From: Nageia nagi
Lineage: Eukaryota; Plantae; Pinophyta
Assembly: GCA_050084985.1 (NCBI GenBank)
Contig: JBITNC010000001.1
Span: 158,658,001-158,722,000, forward strand
Direction of reading: 5' to 3'
DNA: 64,000 nucleotides
Shown: positions 42,244 through 55,147 of the stretch, piece by piece
How the letters are laid out: the number at the start of each line of letters is the position of its first letter
Position numbering within the stretch: position 1 is the first letter of the stretch
Notes under the pieces: model-generated
The model's database searches: none
Told to the model about the DNA's origin: nothing
Seen by the model: only the letters and a program-made list of their open reading frames with translations
Position numbers and translations under genes: made by a program

Positions 42244-43660
42244 GAACTTAAATTATGTTATTAAAACTATATTTCTTTGCATATGCAATGTAAATTTCTC
42301 CTATAACAATGGAAGCATCTCTATCTAACCCCCTTCTCTTAACTTTTGCAACTCATCCTTCTACTCTTCAAATGTCCAATCATTAGACTTACACCTATCA
42401 TATCATGGATCACCTTCCAACTCTTTCACCTCCCTCATATGAGTGACCTCAAATAATGATGAACTTGATACTCCAAAATTAATGTTGATATTAAGCATGG
42501 GATTGAATGAAATGATATCCTTATTCATGTATACTCTCTAACTCATCCTTTGTCTTGTCTCAAGAGTGGTTTCTCTCCATATGATGTGATAGATATGCTC
42601 AACATGATGTATAGATAATTTGTGATGATTATTTGATAATGATTATGTTGATATGTGATGAGAAACTAGCTCATGATAGGCTAGGAAATGAGTGAATTGT
42701 ACTACCTCAATATTTCAATTATTAGATAACATCAAAAGGAGGAGCAATCTTAGTATCAAGTCCTAAAATATTAAGTAGATGATAACATGTATTGATGAAT
42801 GTTAACAACTGATGCATGTATGAATGCTAAGATGTAAGATAACACTTAGGTTGGTATTTAAGTATTTTATTCAAAGAAGATATGATAAATGAAATTAAAA
42901 AATGGAGAAACAGGATGAAGTAATGAATATATTAATGTTGTTTTTGACATGGTTGATGATGATGATATTGATTTTGATGATGTTGATCATGAAACAAAAC
43001 ACAATGATGTAAATATAGACATGATTCAAGCATCATTCATGATGAAACTTTCAAAATATTTTGTTTAAATTTTTAACTCATATATATCATTCTCCTCTAC
43101 ATGGATAAGGCACATAAAATCATGATATGAAGTTGACCATGCAACTTCATGATAAATTTTACTTTATAATGTTGGTATGGCACCCATTTGATATACAATA
43201 TATCTAGGAAAAGGGTCTCTAGAGATCTCCAAATACTGATTCATTGGTGCTATAAAAATTTTTATTGTAATTTCTTATTTATGAATCATATATTGGACTA
43301 TATGTCTCAATTACATACATGCATTAGTGTCATGAACAAGTTTTCTATGATAGTTACAAAATTCATATTCTTTGTATCATGATATTTTTTATGCATATGA
43401 ATTGTCCTTGATTTTGGAAAACATTATAATATTTTCTTCAATAAATCAATAGATAAGAAATAATTTTCAAAGATGGTTCTAAACCCTTGCTAACATTCTT
43501 TCCTATTGATAAATTTCCCATAACCTAAACTCACATCGCTAAAAGTCAAATCTCTATGAAAATGGTTAATATATGCCTTCTTATAATGCCTCAAACTATC
43601 ACTTAAGGTTGTAAGGTGGGGGTTTGAAATCAATCATTAAGCAAAATGGAGGTCATTAGG

Positions 43661-45300
43661 TGAAGGAATACACCTAAATGACTAAATACCTAATTACCAA
43701 GATCATTTGAAAGCTCACTCTACTTCCTTAAGAATTAAGACATAATCTCAAATTAGTATTGACACAAGATGATACCAATATAAAGTGGTTACTCAAAATA
43801 TGGGAGTACATCCACTAATCTAAGATCTTTTTCTCAAAGAACACTATGTTACAACTAACTTTCTTACTTTTACAACCTATATAAGAGCATAAATTTGAAA
43901 CAAACTTGAGTGAGTGATCTCAAGGAGAGGGCCCTCTATTTATAGGAGAAAATCCTCCCTTGGATCTCCCTTTTAACTAGTATACAAATTCATGACATGC
44001 ATCACCCTTTTACCCAAGGTTCATTCTCATGAGATGGAGTGTAGAATGAGTTAAATTATTTTATTCATAAAAACTTAAAAGATATCTAGGAAAGCTTTTA
44101 ATTATTAGTGAATTTACATTATCATATTCATAAAATACTTAAGGTATATAGGGATACCTTTAAGTATTAAGTAAATTATATAAATAGACCTTATAATAAT
44201 TCATTATACGTTCTAACACTCCCCCTTAATATAATATTAGGGTAGAGAAAAGAGGAGAGAAGAAAGAAAGAGTAAGAGAAATCTTTCCTCTAAAGTGATA
44301 CAATCAAAGATAAGAACATTTACATCTTTGAGAAATAACTAAGATCTTAGATTGATTCTCACTACTTTACCACTTGATAAATAGTTTACAATATAATCAT
44401 TAACCATAATGGGTTTTATTGTACAGAGTAGTAATTCAACAATATGTTGACATGATGAGCCTCCATGATCCTACCTAGTCAAAGTAGGTAACTTACACTC
44501 TTAATAACAAACTAACAAGCTACATGCATCTCATAAAATAGATCAGTCAGATGTATCACATAAATATTCATATCAATATAATATAAATGAATCAATTAAT
44601 GCCATCAATAAATTTATCAATAGTGCATTATAATTCATCATGAAGATGCCAAGCCTCTACTCGTAGTCACCCATTGTATAAAAATAAATAAAACGTGTGT
44701 TGATAGACATAAAAAAAGAGCATAAGAACATATGATTTTCCCATATATGGATAATTAAATAGTGTAGAAATGCACATATAGTTCCTCATATATGGAGAAC
44801 TAAAATCATGTTAGCAAAGCCATCATATGCTTAAAAAAGTATAACTAATTCCATACATAGGGTGAACTTTAACCATGAAGGTGTCTATAAAAATATCAAT
44901 ACCATACAACCAAAAAATCCTCCTTAAGATGAAGTTGTCATCACAAATATGAATTCAACAAGAATTCAACCTTCACTCCCCCTTAAGGGCAACTTCACCA
45001 ACCTAATAGATTCCCTAATCTTATAGAATTGAGCTTCAAGAAGGGGCTTAGAGAATAAATTAGTTGTGTTTAGGACTAATGAACAATACTACAATTGTAT
45101 AATATCATCCAAAACCTTCTTCCTGATAAAATATGCTTGGATTTAAAAATGTTTTGTTCTTTGATGGAAAACAAGGTTCTTTTCCAAAGAAATAGTTGAC
45201 TGATTATTTGAAGATATCTGAGATGGGTGAGCTTGCTCATACCCAATTTCTTTTAGAAGATAACTCAACCAAATAGCTTCTTGGGATACAAATGATATGG
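43661..45300 (-). mobile_element. 3' part of a third copia family A copy: RNase H tail, 3' UTR, PPT, 3' LTR 43661-44218
   Basis: Colinear with 22771-24340. LTR TGAAGGAA...TTCTAACA; PPT CTCCCCCTTAA at 44219-44229. Homology stops at about 45300. Confidence 0.9.
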
Positions 45301-45599
45301 CTCAAGGTAATGCATAGCAATGATTTATAGCAAATTTATGATTTTTAAAGGTTTTTTTTTTTTTTTTAAATTAATTATTTTTGATCCCTTTGGCCCGAGC
45401 CTAAGTAGCCTAATTTTGCTAGGTTTATTTTTTTTCTTGGTTGGATAGCCAAAATTTTATATCTTCAAGGTATATTTTATATAAATTAGCTAAGTATACC
45501 CCCTAAAAAATTCCAATCAAGTCACCTATGTTTTATATATTTATTTTATTTTGGATAAGTAAATCACCACCTGATATCAAATCCTCCAAAGAAGAAATG

Positions 45600-45895
45600 C
45601 ACATCTAAAAGATGCTTGATTTATCCCTAAATATGTTCAACTTCTCCCTATAGATACTCAAAATTTCCCTACAGATGCATGACTTCTACTTGTAGATGCT
45701 CAACTTCTCCTTGTAGAAGCTAGATTTCTCCCTATAGATGCTTGACTTCTCCCTATAGACACTCAAATTCTCCTTGTAGATGCTCAACTTCTCCCTATAT
45801 ACACTTGAATTATCCTTGAAAATGCTCAAATTCTCCTTGTAAACACTCAAATTCTCCCTATACATACTCAAATTCTCCCAGAAGATGGTTGACTT
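45600..45895. repeat. 21-bp tandem array, about 14 units (consensus about TTCTCCCTATAGATGCTCAAC), upstream of the hAT transposase
   Basis: Seen directly. It produces the 7-aa-periodic artefact ORF 45686..45940. Confidence 0.95.
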
Positions 45896-46385
45896 CATTG
45901 TAGTTATGCCTAGATAAGGTGAATTTTTTTGTACTTCCATAATTATTTTTTGAAAATAGTTTTACAAATCTCATTGTTGGCATTATTATTGTAACATTAT
46001 TTTTGGTAGGTAAATTAACATTGAAAGCTGCATGGAAGAAAGGCCAAAATTCCATTACAAAAGAGTTAACATGTTAAATTAATCTCAGGCATCAACGCAA
46101 CCATAGCCTTCAGGTACATAACTAATACATCTTCTTCATATAAGGTTCGTAATTGTGAGTTTCAAATATTAATTTTCAATTTGATATTAATGCAAAAAAG
46201 ACTACAAATCCTTAACCTTAACAACTTGAAAATGATAATCAAACAATTCTAAGTGCCCTACTAATCTATGTTTTATTAGACTACTTTAACTTTTAAATCA
46301 TGAATGCTCTACAATCAAATTTTTATTTGATAGATTAACTAATAATACAAAAAATACTACAAATCTTAAACCTCATCAACATGAA

Positions 46386-48830
46386 ATGGAAGATATTTTT
46401 GATGATGAAATGTCTTAACCTCCAATTGATCAATACATGAATGACATTCTAGGTTTAGATTCAATAGAAATTGGGGTAGAGAATACTCCAATCAATATAT
46501 CTAGAAAAGACCCACATATGCCATGTAGTTCATAGTATTCTAAGAGAATCAAGAAAAGTAATAGCAAGTGGGCTATTGGAAGATCATTTTGATATGAATG
46601 GTCTTCCAAATATGAATTTATTGAACTAGTATAGTAAAAAATATTAATAATCCAATAACAGAGTGTCGATGTGTTTCTTATTCATGGAAATTAGGTAGAG
46701 AATGAAAAATGCAACTTAAGAGGATACAATTGAAAAACATTATGGAAAAATATATATTCAAGTTAAAGATAAAGATGGAATACTAAAAAAGAGAAGAAAG
46801 AAAGGGATTCCTCAACTTGTTTACAAAAATGATATTATGATGAATGGTTTGAATTTCAAAAGCAATAAAAGGCCCTTGAAGAGATAGGTGGAACCATAAT
46901 TGCATAGTTTGAAAATCAACAAAATACAATTTTAGTTTCCAAGGTCTTGCAATCTTATGTGATTTTCACAATTTTAAAAAAGGGGAAACCAATGATTGAT
47001 TTTATTTATTACAAGATGTTATTCCAACTCCTAAATGTTCAAAATATTTCTTCTACTCATTGGTTAGATAGAAGTGGTTGGGATATGTAAAAATGCTTAG
47101 CTCTAGTATAAATTAAAGATCTTAGAAAAAAAGTAAAAAAAGAAAAAATTTATTTCACTATCACTTGATATGGTTATTATTGTTGATAAAACTACTTGGA
47201 TATGCATGCATGTTTACACATTTGATGGTCATTTGAGGTAATCACCCTTGCTAAAACTTCACAAAAAGATGAAAAATTGTAGTATAGAGAATCTTTACAA
47301 TCTTTTCATTAAGAGTTTAAAAGAAGTTGCTAATATGGATAATTATGAAGTTGCAATGTAGTTAATTTGTGTTGGACTTGATGGCATTACTGTAATGCAA
47401 GGGAATCAAAATGGTCTTTGTGTAATAATTCAAACAACTATAGACCCATACTTAATTCCCATTTACTGCATGGTACATAGATTAAATCTTGTTGACAAGA
47501 TTATTAGTGTACACTATGATGTTGTAGAAGTTGAACATTTAGTTTGTGAACTTTATTCGTATTTCATGAATAGTTCCAAAAGATTTATAGAGTTTCAAGA
47601 GTTTGCAATAGGTATTATAGATGGTAGGAATATGCTAAAGGATACAAATACAAGATGGATTTCAATATATAAACTTTTTGAAAAAGTGTTCAAAAAGTAT
47701 CCATCTCTTACAAGGTCTATGTATAAAAATAGAAGAGAAGTAGACAAAGCTAAAGATGTTCTTTTTTGCATGAGAAATTTAGAGGCTTTGCTTATGCTAT
47801 GTGGTATTTTGCCTATATTATATGAAATGAACCTTTTGATAAAAATAGCATAGGAAAGACATGCTTATATTATTAATTTTATTCAAATGAGAAAACAAAT
47901 TTGCTTACAAATTGATAGGTTGTATGAGTGTAATTTTGCTAATCCATTTTTGAAGATTGGAAAATCCTCACAAACTACAAAGATCTAAAATTTTTTTTAA
48001 AATTCAATATTATAGGATATTTGTGTATATGTTTTCATGGAAAACAAAGATCTATGTATTATTACAAAAAATGTATGGACTACCAAGAAGTGGAACCCAT
48101 AACAATGAATAGATTTGATATGGCCATTAGTAAAACAAGAAAAAAATTAAAAAACATATCACATACATTAACAAGTGAAATAAGAGAAAGGTTTCACAAA
48201 GATGATCTACTAGAGGCAATGGGTATTGTAAATCCATTATTTTGGGATTCTATTTCCAAGTACAGTTTAACTAGCCAATCATTTACCAAACACATTACTA
48301 TTCTTGTCAATTATTTTTCCAAGAGGTTGAGATTAAAGGAACTAAGATATCAGATATTTTGAATAAAAGATTATTTATTGAATAATCAAGATTCTTTAGG
48401 AGCACCATGGTTGAACAATATCCAAAGCTGATAGATCCATCATAAACAAGTGCAATTATACAATTATGAAAGAAATTGTATCCTAGTAGTATTTTACAAA
48501 AGTCAATGGATGAATACTTTCATTTATATCAACTATGTCAAATAATAATTTTGGAATCAATGGAAGATGAGAGAGTGTTTAGCGCACTATATTTTTTGAA
48601 AAATAAACTTTAAAATAGGTTGGATAAAAACCTAAAGCACTATCTATGATTATATGTTTCTTCTTATGATATTGATAAGTTTCCATATGATAGAGCTGTG
48701 GCATATTGGAAATCATTAGAATATAGAAGAAATATCAACAAGACTAATGAAGAAGATGATCAAAATGATGAAGAAAACGATATGGTAGGACTTCAAAATT
48801 CAAATGTACATGGAAATATTGGAGATTAGC
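46386..48830 (+). pseudogene. hAT-superfamily (ZNF862-like) transposase, decayed
   Basis: GRSF*YEWSSKYEF N-terminus; SLSLD; LDGITVMQG; PYLIPIYCMVHRLNL (CxxH motif); TRWISI; DERVFSAL.FLKNKL*NRL (C-terminal dimerisation domain). Confidence 0.88.
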
Positions 48831-49438
48831 CAACAAGGAATTTATTTCAATTTCATGAAATATTATCTAAGTTCTATGTAGTTTTTACATTTTTTTGTCA
48901 TTTCTGATTTAGTTGGTATATTCATAAACTATATTCGATGGTGGTCCATATTGAGTGAGCACTTATTTGATATTTTTGGGATGTTAATATTTATGGACTT
49001 GCAAATTAAAATGATACTTTTGAGAATTATTTTGTATAAATTTATCTATGAAATGTAAATTATCTATACTATGTTACATGTTTTTACATATATTTTTTAT
49101 GATTTAATGCAATGTTTGTTACATTTTTTTTAAAATTATTTCAAATTACATAAATTCAATAATAACCAAAGTAGACGAGCATCTGCAACAAGTAGATGAA
49201 CATCCGTAACAAGTAAAAAGGCACCTCTTTTATATGATTGCAAACATTATAAACCATCATTCCATAGATTTAATTGCAAACATTTAAAACCATCATACAA
49301 TATGCAAATATGATAAACCATAATTATATTGATAAATAAAAAAATATTCAACTTTATTCGTTTACAAAATATCCATTAACAAATTGTCCATTTTGTTTCA
49401 TTTACAAAAACAACTATTCAACATAAAATACATTAAAT

Positions 49439-50102
49439 CTAATTTTCAATGTCCATTATTTCATTTGTGATTTCTTGGCCTTCTTTGCCTAGGAACATGG
49501 CCTTTTCCTTATCCTATGCAACCGATGTGATTTATCTTATGCCTTACAATTCAATAGCTCTAGTAACACCTTTAGCAGCTAATTCAAGATTGGTCAAAAG
49601 CAAGTTTTATTTTGCAGCTGTATCTTCAACATCAGTATCATTTTGGGTTTAAGAAATATTTTTTTATATAATATTTCCTAATCTAACCCATGTTCCTTGA
49701 TGATTCTTATTACTATGTTGTTTTCCTAGATACTCTTCTTGAGTTTGTCTTTCAAAATAATACCCTGCTTGATGCTTTTTTGAGCCTTCTCCAATTGTAT
49801 GGCATAATTATTCACCTACTTTAGCAAATTATCATAATTGGCCTACAAAATAAGATTGATTATATTAGAAAAATGTTTTTCAAATATAAATTAAAAAAAT
49901 TCTAAAAAATGTAAAACATAAAAAATAATAATACCTCTACAATTTCTTTTTTTGCCTCTGCTTCTTCCACTTTCCATTTGTTGAGACTCCATTGGTTGAA
50001 GTATGCTTGGGAGTCTGCATTTAGATTCTCTAATTTGCAAATGATAAGGTCCAAATCATTATCATTTGATGATATGGTGATTTTTTCTTTTCTTGAAGTT
50101 TC
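49439..50102 (-). pseudogene. Unknown spliced coiled-coil-like gene relic, convergent with the hAT transposase
   Basis: Exon 50102-49935 is 56 open codons between AG and GT. A 92-bp phase-0 GT-AG intron spans 49934-49843. The next exon ANYDNLLK*VNNYAIQLEKAQKSIKQG... runs to TAG at 49439 with TAG/TAA stops and one poly-A frameshift. Confidence 0.55.
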
Positions 50103-50789
50103 CTACTAAAATAAAGTATCCAACTTTTCAAGTTCACATTTAATTTTAGAAAAAATATTTTTGTTCAATCTAGAATTTAGAGCATATTTTAGTTATGTTA
50201 GTTGATGGATATTGTTTTTGGTGTGTAATTAAAAAATATATTGGAAAATATGGTATGATATTTGATTCAAATTTTTATGAATTTGATATAATTGAGGGAT
50301 TCTTCACCTTGGAGTATTGTGTTACCCTTGAAGCTAAAAAAATAAAATCAGAGTTCGAAAAAGGTTACTTGGTCAATGTTGAAGATAATGAGGATAAATA
50401 TGATTTGGTTGAACTATTCAATAATGCTTCTACTTTTGTTATGCCATCTCCTTAGAACCTACCTCCGAGAAGAAATCCTCCTCATAAGAGGAGACATGTG
50501 ATGTTATAAATACCCTTTGAGATCCTCTATTCTTTTTGTGATTTTTGGTGTGGTATGAGAAAAAAGAATTTTTGTTTTGTGTGGATGTTATTTTTTTGGA
50601 AAAGTGTGTGCAATTTATTGAATTGTAAGAGTTTGAAAAAGCAAATAATTAAAATTTGAAGTTTTTATTTCAAAGATGCATACCCTTGTGAGTATTATTG
50701 GTGTTGTGTTAACTGGTAAAGAAAATTGGTTGAAGTAGTCTAGGAAAGTAAAGAATAATTTGATTTTCAATGATTTTTGATTTGGAATT

Positions 50790-53700
50790 TGTGATGATGA
50801 TAACCAACCTACCAAAGCAAATTATTTCAAGGAGCTTATGGTTTGAAACATGAAAAATAGTAAGGCATATGCTTTGATTGAATCTTTAGGTAGTGAAGAA
50901 GTTAACCACCATATTAGCTCTATTGATGATGCTTGGAATGCACTAAAGAAACTTAAGCATTTGTTTAACTCCCATTCTAAATTGGAATTAATCCAACTTC
51001 AATTGAAACTTTTTAACCTAAAGTAAAAGAATGATGATCCCATGGCATTGATTTCTAAAATTAGATAAATAATGCATGACATTGACTCTACTAGTATGAA
51101 GATTAATATTGTTATCATAGCATTGATTAAAGCATTATATCCCACATACTCAAATTATCTTGAATACTTACAAAGTAGTGGTAACTTGAAGTCTCTCACA
51201 TTAGATACTTTGGTAGATAAGATTACAGAACATGAGATGGCATTTGGAAAGAAATATAGTGAATCTACTTTAAACATATTATTTTTTAATCCATAGGGAA
51301 ATAATATTGCACATGATTCTTCTTGAGATGAAAATAACAATCATGGTCATGGTAGGAGGAATCATAGAGGTAGGGGGCAAATCCAATCAAAGTGATCATG
51401 ATGAGAGGAACAATCCACATTGTAAAATATGAGATAGATGAGGCCATGAAGCTAATACCTATTGCACTCCATGGGATAAGATCAAAGAAAGAAATGAAAA
51501 ATGAAATCAAGAAAAGAGTAAGAATTATGATTCCACTCATTATATTACTACATATTGTTATAATACAATTGAAAATTTCTAGAATACTTCATTTGCATCT
51601 TGGGAGAATGCATGGTTGCTTGATATTGATGTGACATATCACATGACATTTCGAAGGGAATTATTTGAAGAGATGAATACCAACATTGATAGTGCGGTAT
51701 ACTTTGCTAATAAATCCCATATCAAACCTTCTTGTATTGGTATTATGAGACTCAAATTATCAAGCCTTCCATATATGATTCTTCATAATGTGCTCTATCT
51801 TCTTCAATTGCTAAGGAACTTGTTATCTCTTGTGCTCATTCGATAACAAGGACACTCAACTCATATGTTCAATGAAATCATGGAGATAAGTAGGTCTTCT
51901 AAAAATAAAGTGGTGATGATTGGTGGGGAGGATAAGAAGTTATTGAATATGCATGGAAGTTCTACCAAATAAACAAATTTTCCTTACCTCACCCATCAAG
52001 AAAAAGGTACTCTCTCATCTAGTCTTTTGTGGCATGCAAGATTTGGCCATCTCAATTTTGATGATCTCCATTTGTTGAAAAAGAGAGGTTTTTTGGGATT
52101 ACCTACTATTCATAGGAACATAGAATCTAATGAAGCATGTATCATAAGAAAGCACAACAAATAACCTTTTTTTGATTCAAAATTTAGACCATGTAGAAAA
52201 TTTGAACTCATACACTTTGATTTGTGTGGACCATTACCTATGCCTTCTGTTGTTGAAAAAAAATATATCATACTCTCATAAATGGTTACACTAGGATGTG
52301 TTGGTGTATTTGTTGAAAACTAAGTTTGAATATTTTGAAAAGTTTAAGGAATTTCATGTGATGATTTAGAAAGAAGCTAACACTCATATTGGCACACTTT
52401 ATTATGATAATGGGGGCGAATACACTTTAGTTGAATTCATGAACTATCTTAGTCAGCATGGAATCAAGCATCAAATGATTGTTCCCTATAATCCATAATA
52501 GAATGGTGTAGCTGAAAGGATGAATAAACCTTGTTAAATATAACACAAGAAATGTTATTTTTCAAAAATATGAAAATGATATTTTAGGGTGATGCAATTG
52601 TTAGTGCAATGTATGTTAGAAATAGTTGTCCATCTCATGCTCTTGATGATAAGACTCTATATGAAATGTGATTTGGTCATGTTCCTTGAGTTCAACATCT
52701 CAAGGTTTTTGGTTCCACTTGCTATGCCCTAGTCCATAAGGAACAAAGAAACAAATTTGGTACCAGGAGTTAGAAATGTATTTTCTTAGGGTAATTAGAT
52801 ACTACCAAGGACTATAAGCTTTATTATGTGGTAAATAAAAAGTTTCTCTTTGCAATGGATATCATTTTTTTGGAATGTTCCAAGAGTGACTTGACTATTG
52901 AGTGGTAGCTTGATCACCTTGATAGGTTTACCCATGGAAAGCATTTCTTTGAATATGATTATGAGATTCCAAATATTGAGGGGGAGATCAATATTAGATC
53001 AATATTTGGAATCTACTCCACTTGTGCCTATTTCAAAGTGCTTGATCTAGCAGTAGCACCTATTCTAGTAGTATAAACACCTCCTGCACCACAACAAGAT
53101 CCTTTCTCTTTGTTAATTGTAATAGATCCTTTGGATGATTTAATTAAAGGGATTGATAGGTTGATTCTTGAAGTAAATGAAGAACCTCCTTAGCTTATTA
53201 AACAACCAAACATATCTTAGAAGATTCCTAAGTGGCTCTCCAAAACACTTGAGAGTGTTCATCCTAATGAAGTTGGAAAGATGAGAACTAGGAGTTCCTA
53301 TAAATAAAGAATTAAATATGGAGCAATAGAGGGTTCAGATTCAAGTGATGATATTGAGGATATGGAATGTTCATTTGATTGTGAATTGAATTTATCTACT
53401 AATTGTGAGTTGACTTCCTTTAAAGAAGTCTTTTCTCATGATTCTAGAAGGATGCTATGAAGGAGTATGATGCTCTCATCAAGAATGGGATGTGAAAGTT
53501 GGTGGATCCTCCATATGGAACCAAATCTATAGAATGCAAGTGCATATATAAAAATAAGTACAAATCAGACAACTCACTTGAGAAACATAAAGCAAGGCTT
53601 GTGGCTAAGGATTTTTCATAGAAAGAAGGTATTGATTATGATCAAACCTTTGCTCCCACAACAAATTAAGTACAACATTCATTCTTTGTTGGCAATATCA

Positions 53701-55147
53701 GCTCAACATGGATGAAAAGTTCATCAGATGGATGTGAAGACTACTTTCTTGAATGGTGGTTTGAAAGCGAATGTGTATGTGAAACAACTAGAAGGATTTG
53801 CAATGAAGGGTAAGGAATAAAACATTTGTAATCTCATCAAGTAATTGTATAGCCTAAAACAAGATTCTTGTGCTTGGTACAAAACATTTACTAAGCATCT
53901 CTTGAAGATAAATTTTGAACACTTTAATATTGATGATGCAACTTTGTTTGTTAGAAAAGCTAGCAAAACTATTGTATATATTTTGATGTATGTAGATGAT
54001 CTTTTGATAACTAGGAACAAATAAATTTACATTGCATATATGAAACAAGATTTGAAGAGAGGTTCTAAAATAATGATATGGGACATCTTCATTACTATTT
54101 GGGAGTTGAAGTGACATAAAATCCAAGGTACATTTTCATTTTGTAAAGAAAGTACATTGGATAATTATTAAAAAAAATTGGCATGATAGATTGTAATCCT
54201 CTTTCCACTCTAATGAAACAAAATTTAAAATTGAAATATATTAAAGGGAATGCATTTTAGGATGCAACAAAGTATATACAACTTGTTGGAAGTCTCATAT
54301 ATCTAACCATAACTAGACTAGATATTTCATTCATGGTTGGAATTCTCTCTCAATTTATGTAACAATCATGTGAAGGGAATTGAAATGTGGAAAAAAGAGT
54401 TCTTGAATATTTGAAAGGGACATAGGAATTAGGGCTCAAGTATTCCAAAGTAGGAGACTTCAAATTGATTGGATATACAGATTCAATATATGCCATGAGT
54501 CTTGGATCAATAGCTATCTTTTGGATATCATGAAAGTAATCTATTCTAGTAGATTCCACCATAGAGGTTGAGTATGTGGCTACTATAGAGGCAAAGAAAG
54601 AGATTGTGTGGCTTAAAAAGATATTGGAAGATTTCAAGAAAAATAGGTGCATCCAACTCCACTTCTAATTGATAATATTTCTACAATTCAATTGGCCAAG
54701 AATCCAAAGTTTCATGATTGAACAAAGCACATCAACACAAAGTATCATTTGATTTGAAATCATGTAGAGGTCAAGATAATTCAATTGAAACATTGTCCCA
54801 TAGATAAGAAAGCAAAAGACATCTTCACTAAGGCACTTGGAAAGAAAAGTTTTAGAAGTTCATGAAGATGATTGGATTTACCAACTCACTTTCTGATTAA
54901 GGGAAGAATGTTGGACACCTAATTTTTAAGGATTATGGTTACTATATTTAGTAAATTAATAGCTTTATGTGTGCTAGAATTGGAAGTATCTTTTCTAAGA
55001 GAATATAAAAAGTTACATTATATCTCAAGGGTCACCCAAGAAGGTGAATCTAAAGAGTCAATCTTCTTGTGTATTTAGGCATAACTCTAACCTAATAACA
55101 ATGCTTTTTGATCTTAGAGTTATCTAGCTTGGTAACAACTTCAAACA
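50790..55147 (+). mobile_element. Ty1/copia element family B: decayed gag-pol to ~54900, PPT, 3' LTR from 54909; 5' LTR not found
   Basis: UBN2 gag; WLLDIDVTYHMT (PR); LWHARFGHLN; ELIHFDLCGP; DNGGEYT; NGVAERMN; HQMDVKTTFLNG; YVDDLLIT; TKHINTKYH; DIFTKAL; then TTAAGGGAAGAA-TGTTGG. LTR end is uncertain. Confidence 0.92.

Larger units (their letters stand above)
38769..43660 (-). mobile_element. Pol-less gypsy element: gag tail (~43150-43660), extra ORF, 3' UTR repeats, 3' LTR (~38769-39741); cut at 43661 by a copia LTR
   Basis: The knuckle EYEFCNYHRKLVHDTNACM*LRHIVQYMI is of the same type as at 4292-4525. The LTR end and PPT (GGGTATCTATA followed by a pyrimidine tract) resemble 7233-7257. The left LTR boundary is approximate. 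Confidence 0.6.

Noticed and set aside
45686-45940. Periodic ORF / CRISPR-like array
   Set aside because: Head-to-tail 21-bp repeats with no spacers, in eukaryotic DNA; the peptide periodicity is an artefact.
50551-50560. TGGTATGAGA as the PBS of copia family B
   Set aside because: Not preceded by sequence matching the 3' LTR at 54909.
45303-50688. Candidate hAT TIR pair CAAGGTAATGCAT (45303-45315) / ATGCATACCCTTG (50676-50688)
   Set aside because: Only 11/13 match, no 8-bp TSD, and the flanks come from different copia families; could be chance.
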